This document shows, piece by piece, positions 62,284 to 64,000 of a stretch of 64,000 nucleotides of DNA (its first letter is position 1; each line of letters opens with the position of its first letter). The notes under the pieces were generated by a model that made no database searches, was not told the origin of the DNA, and saw only the letters and a program-made list of their open reading frames with translations. Both the position numbers and the translations under genes were made by a program. Source of the DNA: Leptogorgia sarmentosa (Eukaryota); contig OZ210885.1 of the NCBI GenBank assembly GCA_964658305.1, positions 11,284,001-11,348,000 on the forward strand, given 5' to 3'.

Positions 62284-64000
62284 ATGCCTCGAGGGATGCC
62301 TGGCTCAAAGATTCCAGTACTTTGCTTGTTTGTTATTGTCACTATAACGAACGTAGCGATGGGTAGGCTGAATTTTTATATTGAAAAGCTAGTTATACTG
62401 ATAATTCTATTCTTCATGTCATGAATAACTTTGAATTTTGGCGGTTCGTCAAATAGCCAATTTTTAAACGGCTTAAAACGCAGCGCGCTTGTCATTGAGC
62501 GATGAGTGATAACTTATAACAGCAGATAGCGTATGGTTTGCTTGTTTACGACTTTGCGTTTACAATCATCAACGTATGTATGGCAGACAATTATAGCGTG
62601 TCTGACAATAGCTATATAATATTCATGCTTATTTAAATGCGGCTAAACACGCTTTGAAAAGAATAAACAGTAATTAGAAAAATCGCCATATTATACATAC
62701 AAGTACATATGCGTTTTCAAACATATACTGCGACGCACCGTTTCAAAGTAAGAAATACTTTGGCAGCTATAGCTCTGTAGATATTAGTCCTATTATGCAG
62801 ATGTTTCCCTATATATTTTTGTTTTGTAGTTTGTGTATACTAGCAACTACTGGTCTGCTACAAGCATTTAGAATTTCTAAATTGTTCACTTTTTCAATTT
62901 TCTCATTCATGAATTCCTGCTGCTTAATTGATTAGCCAACGACGTGAACTTATCGTAGCGTTAGTACGCTGTTTGAAAGATTTGAAAGTGAAAATGATAC
63001 GAAACAAAATAACATGGTTCGGTACAAGAAATTCCGTTTTGACCAAAAAATTAAAAACGCCTTCATTAAACTGAACAACATTCCACTGTTTGTTTTTTTT
63101 GTTAATTATACAAACATATATTGTTTACGTTATCAACAGGTGTAAGGCTAGTTCAGACGTCGAACCGAACTTTTCGCGCGAACAATTCGCCCTGTAGAAA
63201 AAACGGCTTTACGGTGCAAATTTTCGCTTATCCCACTGACCCTGCAGTATTCTAACCTCGAACCAATCATTTTCTCTCTCCTTAGGTCGTGAGGACTTTG
63301 CATGCTCTTGGGACGAGTTCGAGTGTACAAAATCTCAGACGTGTACTCTTCTTAAGTGGAAATGCGATGGAGAAGACGATTGCATGGATGGCGAAGATGA
63401 AATGGATTGTAAGTATTATAATTAGAAAGAACGAGTGACGAAAAGTACGAGAGCGCAACTGAAGGAGTCCGAGTGCCCAAGGGAGGAATCGTAATTGCAT
63501 GTTGATTCATTCTAGGTCCACCTACGACGTGCAGACCAGGTTACTTCAGATGCAGAAATGGACGTTGCATTGAAGAATCTTGGGTCTGTGACAAACACAA
63601 CGATTGCCCTGACGGAGATGATGAAGCTCCTACTCAAACGTGTAAGTTACATTCACTCTAATGTTGATTAAGGTTTTTGATATTGAGACTCTGTATGCAA
63701 GTATTTTGATGAATCACATGAAGAGGTGTGTCCTTATCTTACATTTGTTTACCTTACTTGTCGGGTGGGCAACAATTTTTCGCTCGTTCCCACTGGGATA
63801 TATACATAGCAGTCTTATATCATGTGATCTTAAGCCAGCCAATCATGTAAGGTGCTCACCCTGGCTATACAACAATGTGTTGAATTTGGTTTAGGTAATA
63901 TGACAACGTGCAGACCAAATGACTTTCAATGTCGGAATGGCGACTGTATTCAAGGTTCATATCAATGTGACAGAGAACATGATTGTGAGGATCAGAGTGA
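62284..64000 (+). CDS. LDL-receptor family protein, 5' part: signal peptide plus tandem LDLa repeats (continues beyond the window)
   Basis: Exons 62284-62362 ([27 protein letters not shown]), 63286-63408 (CSWDEFEC...[15 protein letters not shown]), 63516-63641 ([13 protein letters not shown]...[13 protein letters not shown]) and 63895-end ([13 protein letters not shown]...QCD..HDCEDQS). All phase 1, GT-AG. Confidence 0.92.

Noticed and set aside
62181..62366. Listed 61-aa ORF as the first exon of the LDLR-like gene
   Set aside because: Wrong frame; the frame from ATG 62284 gives a hydrophobic signal peptide and the required phase-1 donor.

Overview
AT-rich eukaryotic genomic DNA with spliceosomal GT-AG introns, probably from a marine invertebrate. 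The gene and transposon families suggest an anthozoan cnidarian (inference). The main feature is a minus-strand, open, 8-9 coding-exon gene (about 7.7-30.8 kb, ~900-960 aa). It encodes an N-terminal HEPN-like domain (RNEWAH motif), a coiled coil, an intact APAF-1-type NB-ARC STAND ATPase, an APAF-1-like helical domain and a short WD40 tail. This is a candidate NLR-like immune receptor with an RNase effector, and a candidate NF-kB/IRF promoter lies near 37.6-37.9 kb. The window also holds stop-interrupted Ig exons plus a calcium-binding EGF exon at the left edge, a decayed intron-containing tyrosine-recombinase (Crypton-type) gene (50.4-58.2 kb), and the 5' end of an LDL-receptor-family gene at the right edge. 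Mobile DNA is dense: two EnSpm/CACTA-like elements, a Kolobok-like THAP element, a foldback-like TIR element with 76-bp arrays, several Helentron-type HINEs, Harbinger/hAT MITEs, Tc1 and LINE remnants, and a Penelope-like fragment with hammerhead ribozymes. All exon models and family names come from manual reading and motif recognition, not database searches.
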